Shown here in pieces: positions 51,407-62,030 of a DNA stretch of 64,000 bases (positions within the stretch are counted from its first letter, which is position 1; each line of letters starts with the position of its first letter). A program made the position numbers and the translations under genes. Where the stretch lies: assembly GCA_951804945.1 (NCBI GenBank), contig OX638159.1, forward strand, positions 65,844,001-65,908,000. Direction: 5' to 3'. The notes beneath the pieces were generated by a model, which had not been told where the DNA came from, searched no databases, and worked only from the letters and a program-made list of their open reading frames with translations. This DNA comes from Podarcis cretensis (lineage: Eukaryota).

Positions 51407-52795
51407 TTTTTTTTCCAATAGATTTTTATTGAGATTTTAAAGGTTACAAAAAGAAAAAATAAAGAACATATATAAACAGAGAAAAAAAATAAAAATACAG
51501 AACAATACAAAAACAAAAGGAAAAAAAACAGAAAAAAGATGCTGATAATTAAAGAAAGAAAAAAAAACAAATCAATCCTTTACATAACTTTCTTTCCTTT
51601 GCTTATTTCCTTGACCTCCTCACACCTCCCTTTTTTGTATTCTAATTCAATTAGATATTTCAGCAAATCCTTTCCATCTTTATTTCTATCCTGATGATTT
51701 AGCTTAATATACTATAATTTTACATTCTGTTCTTTCACCAATTAACAATCCATTTTTACTTAATCCTTTATATCATTTCTGCTAAAACCACATTACTTCA
51801 TTCCAACATTCTTCTAATATTCCTTAATTTTACAGTGTTTCTGTAGATAAACTTTAAATTTCTTCCAATCTTCTTCCACCAACTCTTCTCCTTGGTCTCG
51901 GATTCTGCCAGTCATTTCCGCCAGTTCCATATAGTCCATTACCTTCATCTGCCATTCTTCCCGGGTGGGTAAATCTTGTGTCTTCCAGTACTTTGCAATA
52001 AGTATTCTTGCTGCTGTTGTGGCATACATAAAGAAAGTTCTATCCTTCTTTGACACCAATTGGCCAACCATGCCCAGGAGAAAGGCCTCTGGTTTCTTCA
52101 GAAAGGTATATTTAAATACCTTTTTCATTTCATTATAAATCATCTCCCAGAAAGTCTTAATCCTTGGGCATGTTCACCAAAGGTGAAAGAATGTACCTTC
52201 AATCTCTTTACACTTCCAACATTTATTATCGGGCAAGTGATAAATTTTTGCAAGCTTGACTGGCGTCATGTACCATCTGTAGATCATTTTCATTATATTC
52301 TCTCTTAAGGCATTACATGCCGTAAACTTCATACCTGTGGTCCATAACTGTTCCCAGTCAGCCATCATAATGTTGTGTCCAACATCTTGTGCCCATTTAA
52401 TCATAGCAGATTTCACTGTTTCATCCTGAGTATTCCATTTCATCAGCAAGTTATACATTCTTGACAAATTCTTAGTTTTAGAGTCTAACAGTTCTATTTC
52501 CAATTTTGATTTTTCCACCTGAAAGCCAATTTTCTTATCCAAATTGTAAGCCTCCATTATTTGGTAGTAATGAAGCCAATCTCGCACTTTGTTTTTTAGT
52601 TTTTCAAAACTCTGCAGTTTTAATCTGTCTCCTTCTTGTTCCAAAATTTCCCAATATTTTGGCCAATTGGCCTCCATATTGAGCTTTTTCTGACCCTTTG
52701 CTTCCATTGGTGACAACCACCTTGGAGTTTTGTTTTCAAGCAAATCCTTATAACTTATCCAGACATTAAACAGTGCTTTCCTGACAATATGGTTT
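51407..52795 (-). mobile_element. 5'-truncated L1-clade LINE with 17-bp TSD
   Basis: ORF2 C-terminus with CCHC zinc knuckle (CWKC..GTFFHLW*TC, one premature stop at 52174-52176), T-rich 3' UTR, AATAAA, short poly(A); ACCTATTCCCATTTTGA at 51390-51406 and 52796-52812. Confidence 0.92.
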
Positions 52796-53612
52796 ACCTA
52801 TTCCCATTTTGAGAATGTGTGTCCTTAAAACTCCATCAGAGACGTCTGCGAACCAAGGGAGCCAAAGGCACAAAGAGGACCGCCCAACAAACAAGCATTG
52901 AGAACTTTGACCAGGTTCTCAGGAGGGGATGAAGAGCTTGTGTTTTGTGGGGTGGGAGGGTACTTTGCACACTTCTCAAGAAGAGACGTGAGGAGCACCT
53001 GCTGATGTGAGCCTCGGGGTGACAAGTTGGTCTTGAGGAAGCCTCATGAAGTGGAGCCTTAAGAGGAGAAGCTCCATCCTTGTTGAGAGAGTTCCACCTC
53101 TCCTTTTGGGCCCCCAAAAGGCTGCGAGGTGATTTCCAAGTTCCAACTCATAAATACGGTAAAAAATAATAACTCTGAAGCAAAAGGCAAGAAACCGATT
53201 AAACTAGTAGCGAGGAGTAGGCATAAATGCAAGTCAGTTTAAAGTAATATAAAGCGTAACAGCAGGAGTTGAAGAGGTTTAGGCAGAGAGTTCTGGCTTT
53301 CCTTCCTTCCAGTGGGGAATTTTTGTTCTTGTTGGGTGTTGGGTCACACAGGCTGGTTGTCGGCTAGCCACTCCCCAGGGCTGCTGGGGAGCCACCTTGC
53401 TCTCTCTCCGTGCCCAAGTTTGCGTGCACCACTGATGATGTTTTGGCAGTTAATGCCGGAGTGGGTGTACAACCGATGATGAAGAGATATGGGATAAAAA
53501 ATACCCCCCCACCCGCAACTATGCAACTGCAATTAGCTGCAGCCCGTGCAACCTCTCCCTTTCCTAGCGAGCTGTGAAGAAATCAGATGTGGGTGCTCTG
53601 CTCCGTGTCCGT

Positions 53613-53613
53613 G

Positions 53614-53665
<52 letters not shown>
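53613..53665. repeat. (CT)n(GT)n microsatellite
   Basis: Direct read. Confidence 0.95.
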
Positions 53666-53669
<4 letters not shown>

Positions 53670-53699
53670 CGCCTTGCTGTGCTGCCTGCTCTCATCTTT

Positions 53700-54368
53700 C
53701 CCGAGGAGGAGCTCGTTCATTGCTTTTTGTCACATTGCTTTTTGCCACTGAATGGATAATAAAATTAAGGAATTGTTTCATGCCAGGGTGTGCGGGGGAG
53801 GGGGAGGGTGTGGGGCTGCATGGCTCCAGGCAGAAAACAACGGAGGAGGAGGAGGAGGAGGAGGAGGAGGAGGAGTTGAAGTAACAGGAGCTGCACGGCG
53901 GTGGCGGCAGCAGCAGCAGCGGCGGCGGCGGCTTTCCTTTTCTTTCCCAGCACAATGCTGAAGAGAAGGACGAAGTTGAGCTGCTCCTCTGGCTGTCTGG
54001 GAAACCGAACGCAGGCTGGAGAGCCCAGCTGTGCCTGGGGAAGGGCCCTTCTAGAGCAGCCCTTCCAGAGTGACCTCTCCGCTCCTTGGGCTTCACTGTT
54101 TCTCCTTTCGGGTTCAGGGCAGCTGTGGATTTTTTTGATTTAAAAAGTCTTCCGCTTTGCACTTCCTACCGCCTGGATGCTGTGGAGCCCGATGCCTTTC
54201 CCACCACGACCCATGAAAGACCCCACCCCTCGGTGGGACAGGCGTTGGCTCGCCCATGCTTCTTCCTTCTGGGAAAGGGAGCTTTCGTAGTCTTTCGCTT
54301 TCCTTTGATTTCCCCAAGTTTCTTTTCTGTTTGCATTTCCTTATGCTTTTGTGTGTTTTAGCCGCAAG
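53700..54368 (+). promoter_or_regulatory. UNC13B: Candidate internal promoter / non-coding first exon of bMunc13-2
   Basis: Locally GC/CpG-rich, (GGA)11 at 53842-53875, GGC/CAG runs, ends in a perfect AAG|GTAAGT donor (54369); the bMunc13-2 exon downstream has an acceptor needing an upstream donor. Start position is approximate. Confidence 0.55.
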
Positions 54369-57300
54369 GTAAGTTCTAAGACTACAAGCATGAAGTTTGA
54401 GGCAGCTCTAAAGAGGTGGGGGGAGATGGGCGGCTCTGTGTGAGTGTTTGTGTGTGTGTCTGAGAGAGAGGTCCTGACCTGCTGGCTTCCCTTAATGCTT
54501 AGTAGCCTTAAACTGGAGTATTTTGGCATGCTCTGTCTCTGCGGTTTGTCTTTCATGCTCACAAATCAGAGCGCTTCCTTTTAGGATCGGTAGACTCCTA
54601 CATGTCAATTGTTTCAACTGGAATTGAGCATTGAGGGATTCACTGGGGGGGGGGATGGAACTACTTACTTTATGGTGAAGAATCTTATTTGAAGGGCACA
54701 TGGTTAGGGAGCCTGTTGAATTATTTTGTTCAGCAGCGACTTCACCAAATTGAAGCACACAAGGCTGAAAATATTTCTGCCCTTGAACTCTTTCCCCCGT
54801 CAGGGGCTTGAGACAGGCTAGTGGGTGGCAGAGCAGTAAGTGCCAAGTGCCTTGTGATTCCTTCTTCTGCCCTCCTGCCTCATCCAAATAGAACCCTGGC
54901 ATCTCTCCCGGCTGAAGCCAGCTCTGGGTTGGGGGTTGTGAGTATCCCTGGCTGGGATTCTGCTTTGCACGAGAGGCAGAAATAGGAAAAGCTTCTTGCT
55001 GCCTCACATAATTGTTGTGTGAAGCCACTTGTGAAGCTGACAAGGAAGAACGAGTGACAGAGAGTCACTCCTCAGGGAGGAATGTGAGTGCTGAAATTCA
55101 CTGTTGTTTGACGTCTTGCTTTGCCATTCTAATTCCCAGGCTGGGCACTTTGGTCCCGGTTTTGCAGAAGCCCCATTTGCCAGGCCCTGGAGTTTAACTG
55201 GGAGTGAAAAAAGGCAGCCTTCCTTTCAGGGGTGCACATTGCTGCCCCTGTTAGAATCCCATGTTAGTGATGACCCACAGTCTTGGAAAGGGGCGTGAAC
55301 TTTCACAGTCAGCTGCCTGGAAATGGCAATCTAGCACAGATTCACCAGAGTTCATTTCTTTTATGGAGATTGTTCAGAAACATAAAATCAGTGACACAGG
55401 AGGCTTGCAGGTGGTTTCCTTTTCTTTTTGGGTGTCACCAGGACTGCTTTTAGTGGGCAGCCTCCGTTGTCCAGGACATCACATACCCAAGTTCCCCGTG
55501 CAAACAACTGGCATGCTTCAAATTTCCTTGCAGAGGAGTCTGGAGGGAAAGAGATCTGAGGAGCCTGGCATGGGCCGCGGCCGGCCTGCAACTCTCCCAG
55601 GGGCGCTGGCGTCACCCTTGGATACAGAAGCTGCCTTGCCTCTTGCCGCTTCATGTCTGCCTGGCTAAAAACCTGCTTTGAATCCTCGTGCGGAGCAGAG
55701 ACAAAATACCTCGTCGTGCTGTCAGAAACCAAACTTCATTCTCGCCAACAAGAAACATGTTTCTTAGCATATGGATCAAATAGTGGCCAGTCCACTGCCC
55801 CCCTGGGGCATCTGAGCCCCCAGTTTCATTTTCCCCCAGAAGACTTTCCAAGCACATTTCAAGTGTTTGCACTTTGCACTCAGTTGGTCAAATGTCTTCT
55901 GAATCTCGCATTTTTCTATGGAGAATGTCACTGGAATTTTCATACCTTGTTCCTAAGAGTAGGTTTCCATGTCTGTTGACTTTTGCTTCTAGATTGTTCA
56001 AAGAGTAGGCTAGTCTGCGTAGGCTTACTTTTGCTTACCCTTTCGCTTACTTACCCTCCTGAAGGAAAATTGTCACCTGCCAATTGTTGAAATGCTTCTA
56101 ACGTTAACTAAAATTAATGGGTGCCTCAGTTTTGTTCATAGAGCTTATCTTTGATGAGGCATTAGTGATAAGCTTTCTTAGCAAGTAGGAGAATGGGAAG
56201 GTCTTTCAAGGTGGCTTCTCTCCCTTCCGTAGGAGGAAGCGGTTAGGATGGCAGAGCCTTGTAGCAATCAGCACTGGTTACTCAAGGCTGAGTGACTTGA
56301 CAAGTTCTATCACCGGCTTTTTGTACCAATCAGTTTGTGTTCTGTTCTTGTCATTCATCCCCCAGAAAGCTTTGTTGCTTTCTGCCACATGTGTCCCCTC
56401 TGACTGCCATGTAACTAGGATGTCATGGGACCTGTAGCTTGGCTTGGGATGCCTGAGTCCCTTTACATTCCCAAATGCATTCCTTGGCACAAGAGGCTGT
56501 GCCAGTCTGAGCCTCTGCAATGGCCCCCATGAATCTTGTGAGATTGGCAACAAGTGAGATGGATGTAGGAACCTAGGAGTCAGGCCCATTGAGCTCAGCA
56601 TTGTCTGCCCTGATCAGCAGCTGTAGCATCTCAGGCAGCTGTTTATTTTGCATCCTTCTCTTTGCTTCCCGTTTTCTTCTATAAACATTTTGATCTGAGT
56701 CTTTATTCCCTTCTGAGCTTGGTGAGCGACTTGCTAGCGCATGTGCTTGCTCTGGCTGGAGTTTAGAATATTTCCCCTTTGATAAGCATTCTCATTCGGC
56801 TCTCTACCTTCCTAAACGTGATTCATCCAGCCGCGTAGTGCCTGCTTCAGCTCTCGCTGAGATTAGCAGCTTGCTTATTGGCAGATCAGGCTTTAGAAAA
56901 TAAACAGTTTGGGAAGCAAGCAACGAGGACAGAAACTGTCGTCCTGAAGTGTCATCAAATTGCAATTGTAATCTTTGCTTGCCAGCCTCCAGGGATGATG
57001 GAGCCAAGAAAGTAGCATCATCCCGGCACGTTGGCCAGGCCTCGTTTGAAGCAGGCGTAGTCCTCCGTTGGCCATAAAAGGTGCCGTGTAAGAATTCCCA
57101 GCAAGTGTCAGAATTGCCGCATGTCGAGAAGGGCTGCCATAGCAACCTTTCCTTTGGCACTCAGCTGTGAGTTTTCATTCTTCGGCTTCTGCTGTAGCCT
57201 TGCAAGCCTAACCCAAAGCAAGGCGGCCAGGTTTGACTTGCAGGATTAGGCCCACCCAGCCCATGCTCTCCAGGCTTACGAGCCGGGCATGAGAGAGGAG

Positions 57301-60114
57301 CCCGGAGGCCTTGTTGCTGATCCCTGGCCTCAGGTTCTCCAGAGCGAGACGGCTACCAAAGACAGATGGAAAACCTACATTAGCCCATCTTCCATGGCTA
57401 ATAGCTTTGCCCGTGTCTATCAGTCAGATTCGTGTCAGCCTTGAAAAAAGCTTCCCCAGCCATTTCCCCACATGGTGCCTTGCGGTGGTGAATTTTGTGT
57501 GTGAGTTCTGTGTTGTGATTCCAATCAGTTTACTTGGGTGATCCTTAGCATTAGGAGACAAGGAGTGTCTTGCTGTTTAACTCTTGTTGATTGATGTTTC
57601 CAACTTGATTGGCTTTCCCAGGAGCTACAATTAGCTATTTCAGCATCTTAATGGCTGCATTATTGCAAGGCAACAGTATCTTTGACTGGATCAGCTTATC
57701 TTCAAATGAGTTTTTCTGGGCCCTTAATACCAAAGGAGCATCCTTTATCACCTGAAAGCTGGTTAGCAGACTTGCAAGGCTAGCTAGGCAGATACACATT
57801 TTCACATTGTGCAGCCTTCTTGAATGCTATTTTGAGAGTCTACTGGAGGAAGATCTCAGCAGGAGAGAGACTCTTTCCTTGTCACACCCCAGATGTGCTG
57901 CTGCTATCCATCAGCCCCCCACAGGTGGGGTTGGAGTTTGGAGTGCTTTTATAAAAACTCCCCTTCTCTTCCCCTTCTTGCTGTGGTGGTTGCTCAGGGT
58001 ATCTGATCAGCTGTATGCTGCAGCCACAAGATCCAGTTTGATTGCTGCCGAGATGAGTTTAGGACCAGAAGAAATCCTAAGGTCAAATCCTGACACTGCC
58101 CTCCATGTTCCCTCCCTACCCACCGTTGGACTGGCAGAGAGCTGAAAGCTATAAATCCCCTCCTCCACCTGCCAGTTCCTAAACTTTGTTGCTTTGGCCA
58201 CGATTCTCCTTCTCCAAGCTTTTGTGTTCTCCAGGAACACAAATATCCTTTGGGGTGTCATAGAATTCCAGACTCAAAAAAGGTATTTTTTTAAAAAAGA
58301 GTAATTGGTTTGTTGTGATTCCATGATGCCCAGAGGTTTATGCCCCCAGATAGGACCCGCCCCCCATTTTCCCATTTTTTTTTTAATTGACTGCTTTCTG
58401 TAGGTCCCCTGCTGTAATACCATGCTGCCAAGAGGTGGGGGGTTTTTTGTAGTTCCCCAAGACCCGCCCCCCCATGTGCCCTTTTGAAAGATGCCCACGG
58501 TGTGGTCTGCTCCCCCCTTTGATATGCTACCCCCAGAGGGTTCTCAGCCTGCACACAATTTAGTCACCCTGATACAGAGCGTGTGATGGCACCCAAAGGG
58601 GCTGCACCTTGTTTTCCCTTGGGCTCCCTGCTAGGTCTCTGCCACCTCCTTGGCAGCAATTTGGGGTTTTGCTTGCTGACACCCTTGTGGCTGCTGGATG
58701 GTGCCCTCTGCCTGTCAGGCCAGCTTTGAATAGCAGGGGCTTGTAGGCGGGGGCTCTTGTGGGGTGCCCCACAGCTAAGGAGCTGCCTTTCTCTGCTGAC
58801 TGCAAAGCTTAAACATGAAAAAAAAAAAAATTCCTTTCTGGGACTGATCTTAGTGCTTTTAACAACTTAGAATGTTTTTATTGCATATTTTCATAAACTG
58901 CTTATCCAGCCTGAGCTTCTGGGGATAAGCTTTTTTTTGCACCCGTTCCCATTATGGTCCTTAACGGTTTCAGTGGAAGTTGCAAGCCCAGCAAACTTCA
59001 AACAAGTTTTCTAGCGATAAATGCCTCTCTTCCTGCCCCCCACTCCCAAAGCAGTGCATCTCCTCTTAGGAAATTGTTCCTGTACTTGGGCTGAGTTGTG
59101 AAACTTCATCTGGGAGGCATTCATCTCTTTCCAATGCCTGTGTCTCCAGGCCTGCCCCCTCTGCTCCAGTGTGCTTAGTCACTTAGAGATAGTTAGTGTT
59201 CTTTGACACTGGAAATGAATGGCTGTTTACTCTGTGGGCTGAAACGGTGTCACTGTCATTGATGTGCCCTCAGAAGAAGCGAGATTTTGCAGGGCAATGC
59301 CGCTCGCCCTCAAGAGAAGAACACACAGCTGAGTAGCAGGCCGATCCTGCAGACACCTTCCAAACAGTCCGGCGGCTTTTTCTCTTAAACAAAATTGAAG
59401 CTTTTTCCATCAGAAAAAAAGTTGTCTTCTTAATTATTAAGATTTCTGCCCCAGCCTTCCAGTCCGTAGTCAGAAAAGTAAGCAGAAAAGCAGACAGCTT
59501 TCAGTAGAACTCGGAAAGAGACGGTGCTTCACACAATACGCTGCTCTGGGATTCTGAATACTGTGCATGGAAAAGTGGGTTTTGTTTCGCTACTCCAGCA
59601 GTTTCTGAATGGAGCTGAGTGTCGGCGGACCACGCTGTGCTGAGCCAGGCTGGGGGGCTTGCTGGAACAGAGGGCACCCCTCTTTGAGGAGGGTCCTTGA
59701 GCATCTGAAGCTGAGGAATGCAAATCCACATAGGAAATACAGCCTGCAGGGGTTTCTACCTTGGGCAGGGTTAAAAGTAGTGTAGGAGCAGGAATAATGT
59801 CGAAGGGGTGTATTTAAATGCTTGTTTAAATACTGTCCCCCAAGTTGTGAGCCAATGTGTGAAGATGATGCTGTTCTGTGTACTGCTCAGAACTCTCCCT
59901 TGACTTTGCAGGTGCCCCAAAGAGCCCTCTCCCCTCCTGTGTCTCCAGCAACTGGCATTCAGAAGCATATCTATCATCTCCAACTGCAGAGGCAGAGCAA
60001 AGCCATCATGACCCATAGCCATCGATTGCTGTCTTCCCCATGAGTTTGTCCCATCCTCTTTTAAAGCCATCCGAGTTGGTGGCCCTCGCTGCCTCCTATG
60101 GGAGGGAGTTCCAC

Positions 60115-60117
<3 letters not shown>

Positions 60118-60163
<46 letters not shown>

Positions 60164-60240
60164 TTATTTATACCCCACCCATCTGACTGGGTTTCTCCAG
60201 CCACTCTGGGCGGCTTCCAACAGAATATTAAAATACAATC
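60118..60240 (-). mobile_element. L2-clade 3' end with (TTA)n tail
   Basis: Reverse complement of the L2 tail seen at 47300-47440; (AAT)n at 60118-60163. Confidence 0.8.
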
Positions 60241-60244
60241 CCCC

Positions 60245-60573
60245 CCAAAAAAACTTTTATTTAGCATTTACACCAACAGTCCAGCAGTTACTTAAACTTT
60301 TATTTACCTTACAATATTAAGACATTAAACAGCTACAGTGAAAACAAATGCTATTGGCAACTTGCAAATAAAGAGTTCCGTTAACACCTAAAAGTCACCC
60401 CTCAGACGCAGCACAAGATGGAGGGTGGATTCCTTCTGGATGTTGTAGTCGGAGAGGGTGCAGCCATCTTCCAGCTGCTTCCCGGCAAAGACCAGCCTCT
60501 GCTGGTCAGGGGGAATGCCTTCTTTGCCCTGGATCTTAGCTTTGGCGGTCTCAGTGGTGTCACTGGGTTTAAC
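60245..60573 (-). pseudogene. 5'-truncated polyubiquitin (UBB-like) processed pseudogene with 3' UTR
   Basis: Ubiquitin residues ~17-76 ([20 protein letters not shown]) plus one extra residue F and stop (60388-60390), as for the last unit of polyubiquitin; followed by an AT-rich UTR with AATAAA; several substitutions in a normally invariant protein. Confidence 0.9.
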
Positions 60574-61692
60574 TGGACTTCCTGGCTCTGCTCCGAGTGC
60601 CTGTTCCTCTCCTCCTCCTCCTCCTCCAGGACCATTCAGCACCCACTATTTTACCCCTATTTATTTTTAAGGAACAACTGCAAATGTTAACTCTCGCCAG
60701 GTTTATGGTAAATCTTTCTTACCGATGCAAAATAATAGTTACAGAAACTGGCTGAGTTTCTTGCTTACTAGGCCAGTCGCAGTTGGTGTAGAATTATGTA
60801 ATTGTCCAAGGTTTCAATTCTGTGAAACCTTGCATATTTCTCAGTTGCGAGGAGGTGGCCCAATAAAATGTCTTCTGTATTATATGCGTATCTCATGCCG
60901 CTAGTGCCCACTAGAGTAACAGCAAGGAAAGAGGCACCTATCCTCTTCCAAACCACTCAAGTTTTTTTGCGCAATGAAGAGGCATGCAAATTCTGTTAAA
61001 TTCATAAAAAGAAGTGTATTCCTGCCGCCAAGGAGATTGCAATCTAACCTTCAACATGGGGAGGGGGAGAACGTTCTGTTCACTTGCCTGTATCTTCATT
61101 AAGGGATGAGGACTAAGTGGTTGTGCTGAGCCTTCCCTTAACTGATTTTAGGATATTAGCAGAAGACCTTAAAGCTATAAAAAGAAAGCTTCTGTATGCA
61201 GGCAAGGCCTTTTCTGTGTGTTCTTTTATCATTTTTCTTGTGAAAATGATAACTGCACACAGACAAATCTGTGCCCATACAAAGATGTACCTTGAAGCTG
61301 GAACTGGCTTGTGCCTGCGCCTCTTAGGGAACAGGGCAGAGCTGCTGGCTGCATGCCAAGGAGCGCTTTAGGCAGGTAATGGATAGGCCAGGATATTGTA
61401 CTTGAGGGGGATAAATAGAGAGGGCTCTGCTGCTAAGACTTCAATTTCGATAAAATTCCAGTCTCCCTGGTGGAAAAGGAAACCATTCTCATAAAGCAAA
61501 TTTGGGGGGAGGTGAAGGCATCCTTTACTTGTTGCAAGAGTCAGGGAGACCTTCTTGTTTCACCACTTGGCCCCAGGACCTTCATTCAGTTGGAAGGCTG
61601 AAATGGAACAGCAGGTTATACCGGCATGCTTGCAAAAATAGATTTGTCCTGCTGCACGGGTGCAATTTTGTTGGATTACGTGGCCCAAGCTA

Positions 61693-61718
<26 letters not shown>
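61693..61718. repeat. (GT)n microsatellite upstream of the bMunc13-2 exon acceptor
   Basis: Direct read. Confidence 0.95.
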
Positions 61719-61723
<5 letters not shown>

Positions 61724-62030
61724 TGTGAGTCGCTTTTTTCTCCACTGACTCCGATACCCAGCGTCTCTGTCCCTTCTCTTGACAGCAGCTTCTGATGAGT
61801 CTTAATCCTTGGCCGAGAGAGCCTTGCTGGGCAGGCAGCGAGGGGCAGAGGCCTCTGCCGCTTTGTGGCATGATGAGAGGGCGCCAACACGGCCACTGAG
61901 GATGTGCGCCGGCAGAGGCACCCTAAGGCTAGAAGATGACATTGCTTCTGTGCTTAGAACATCTGCTGTGAAACTCCTAACTGGGCAGCCCTCTCAGAAG
62001 CAGAAGGCCCTGCTGTTTCTGGAGGAGAAG

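Noticed and set aside
54343-54368. ATG CTT TTG TGT GTT (MLLCVLAA), resembling the Munc13 start MSLLCV
   Set aside because: Too short, lies in a pyrimidine tract, and hits a stop right after splicing to 61786/61789; probably chance.
60574-60642. 84-aa ORF as an intact novel ubiquitin-like gene
   Set aside because: The N-terminal part comes from flanking GGA-rich sequence; ubiquitin residues 1-16 are missing and the di-Gly is lost.
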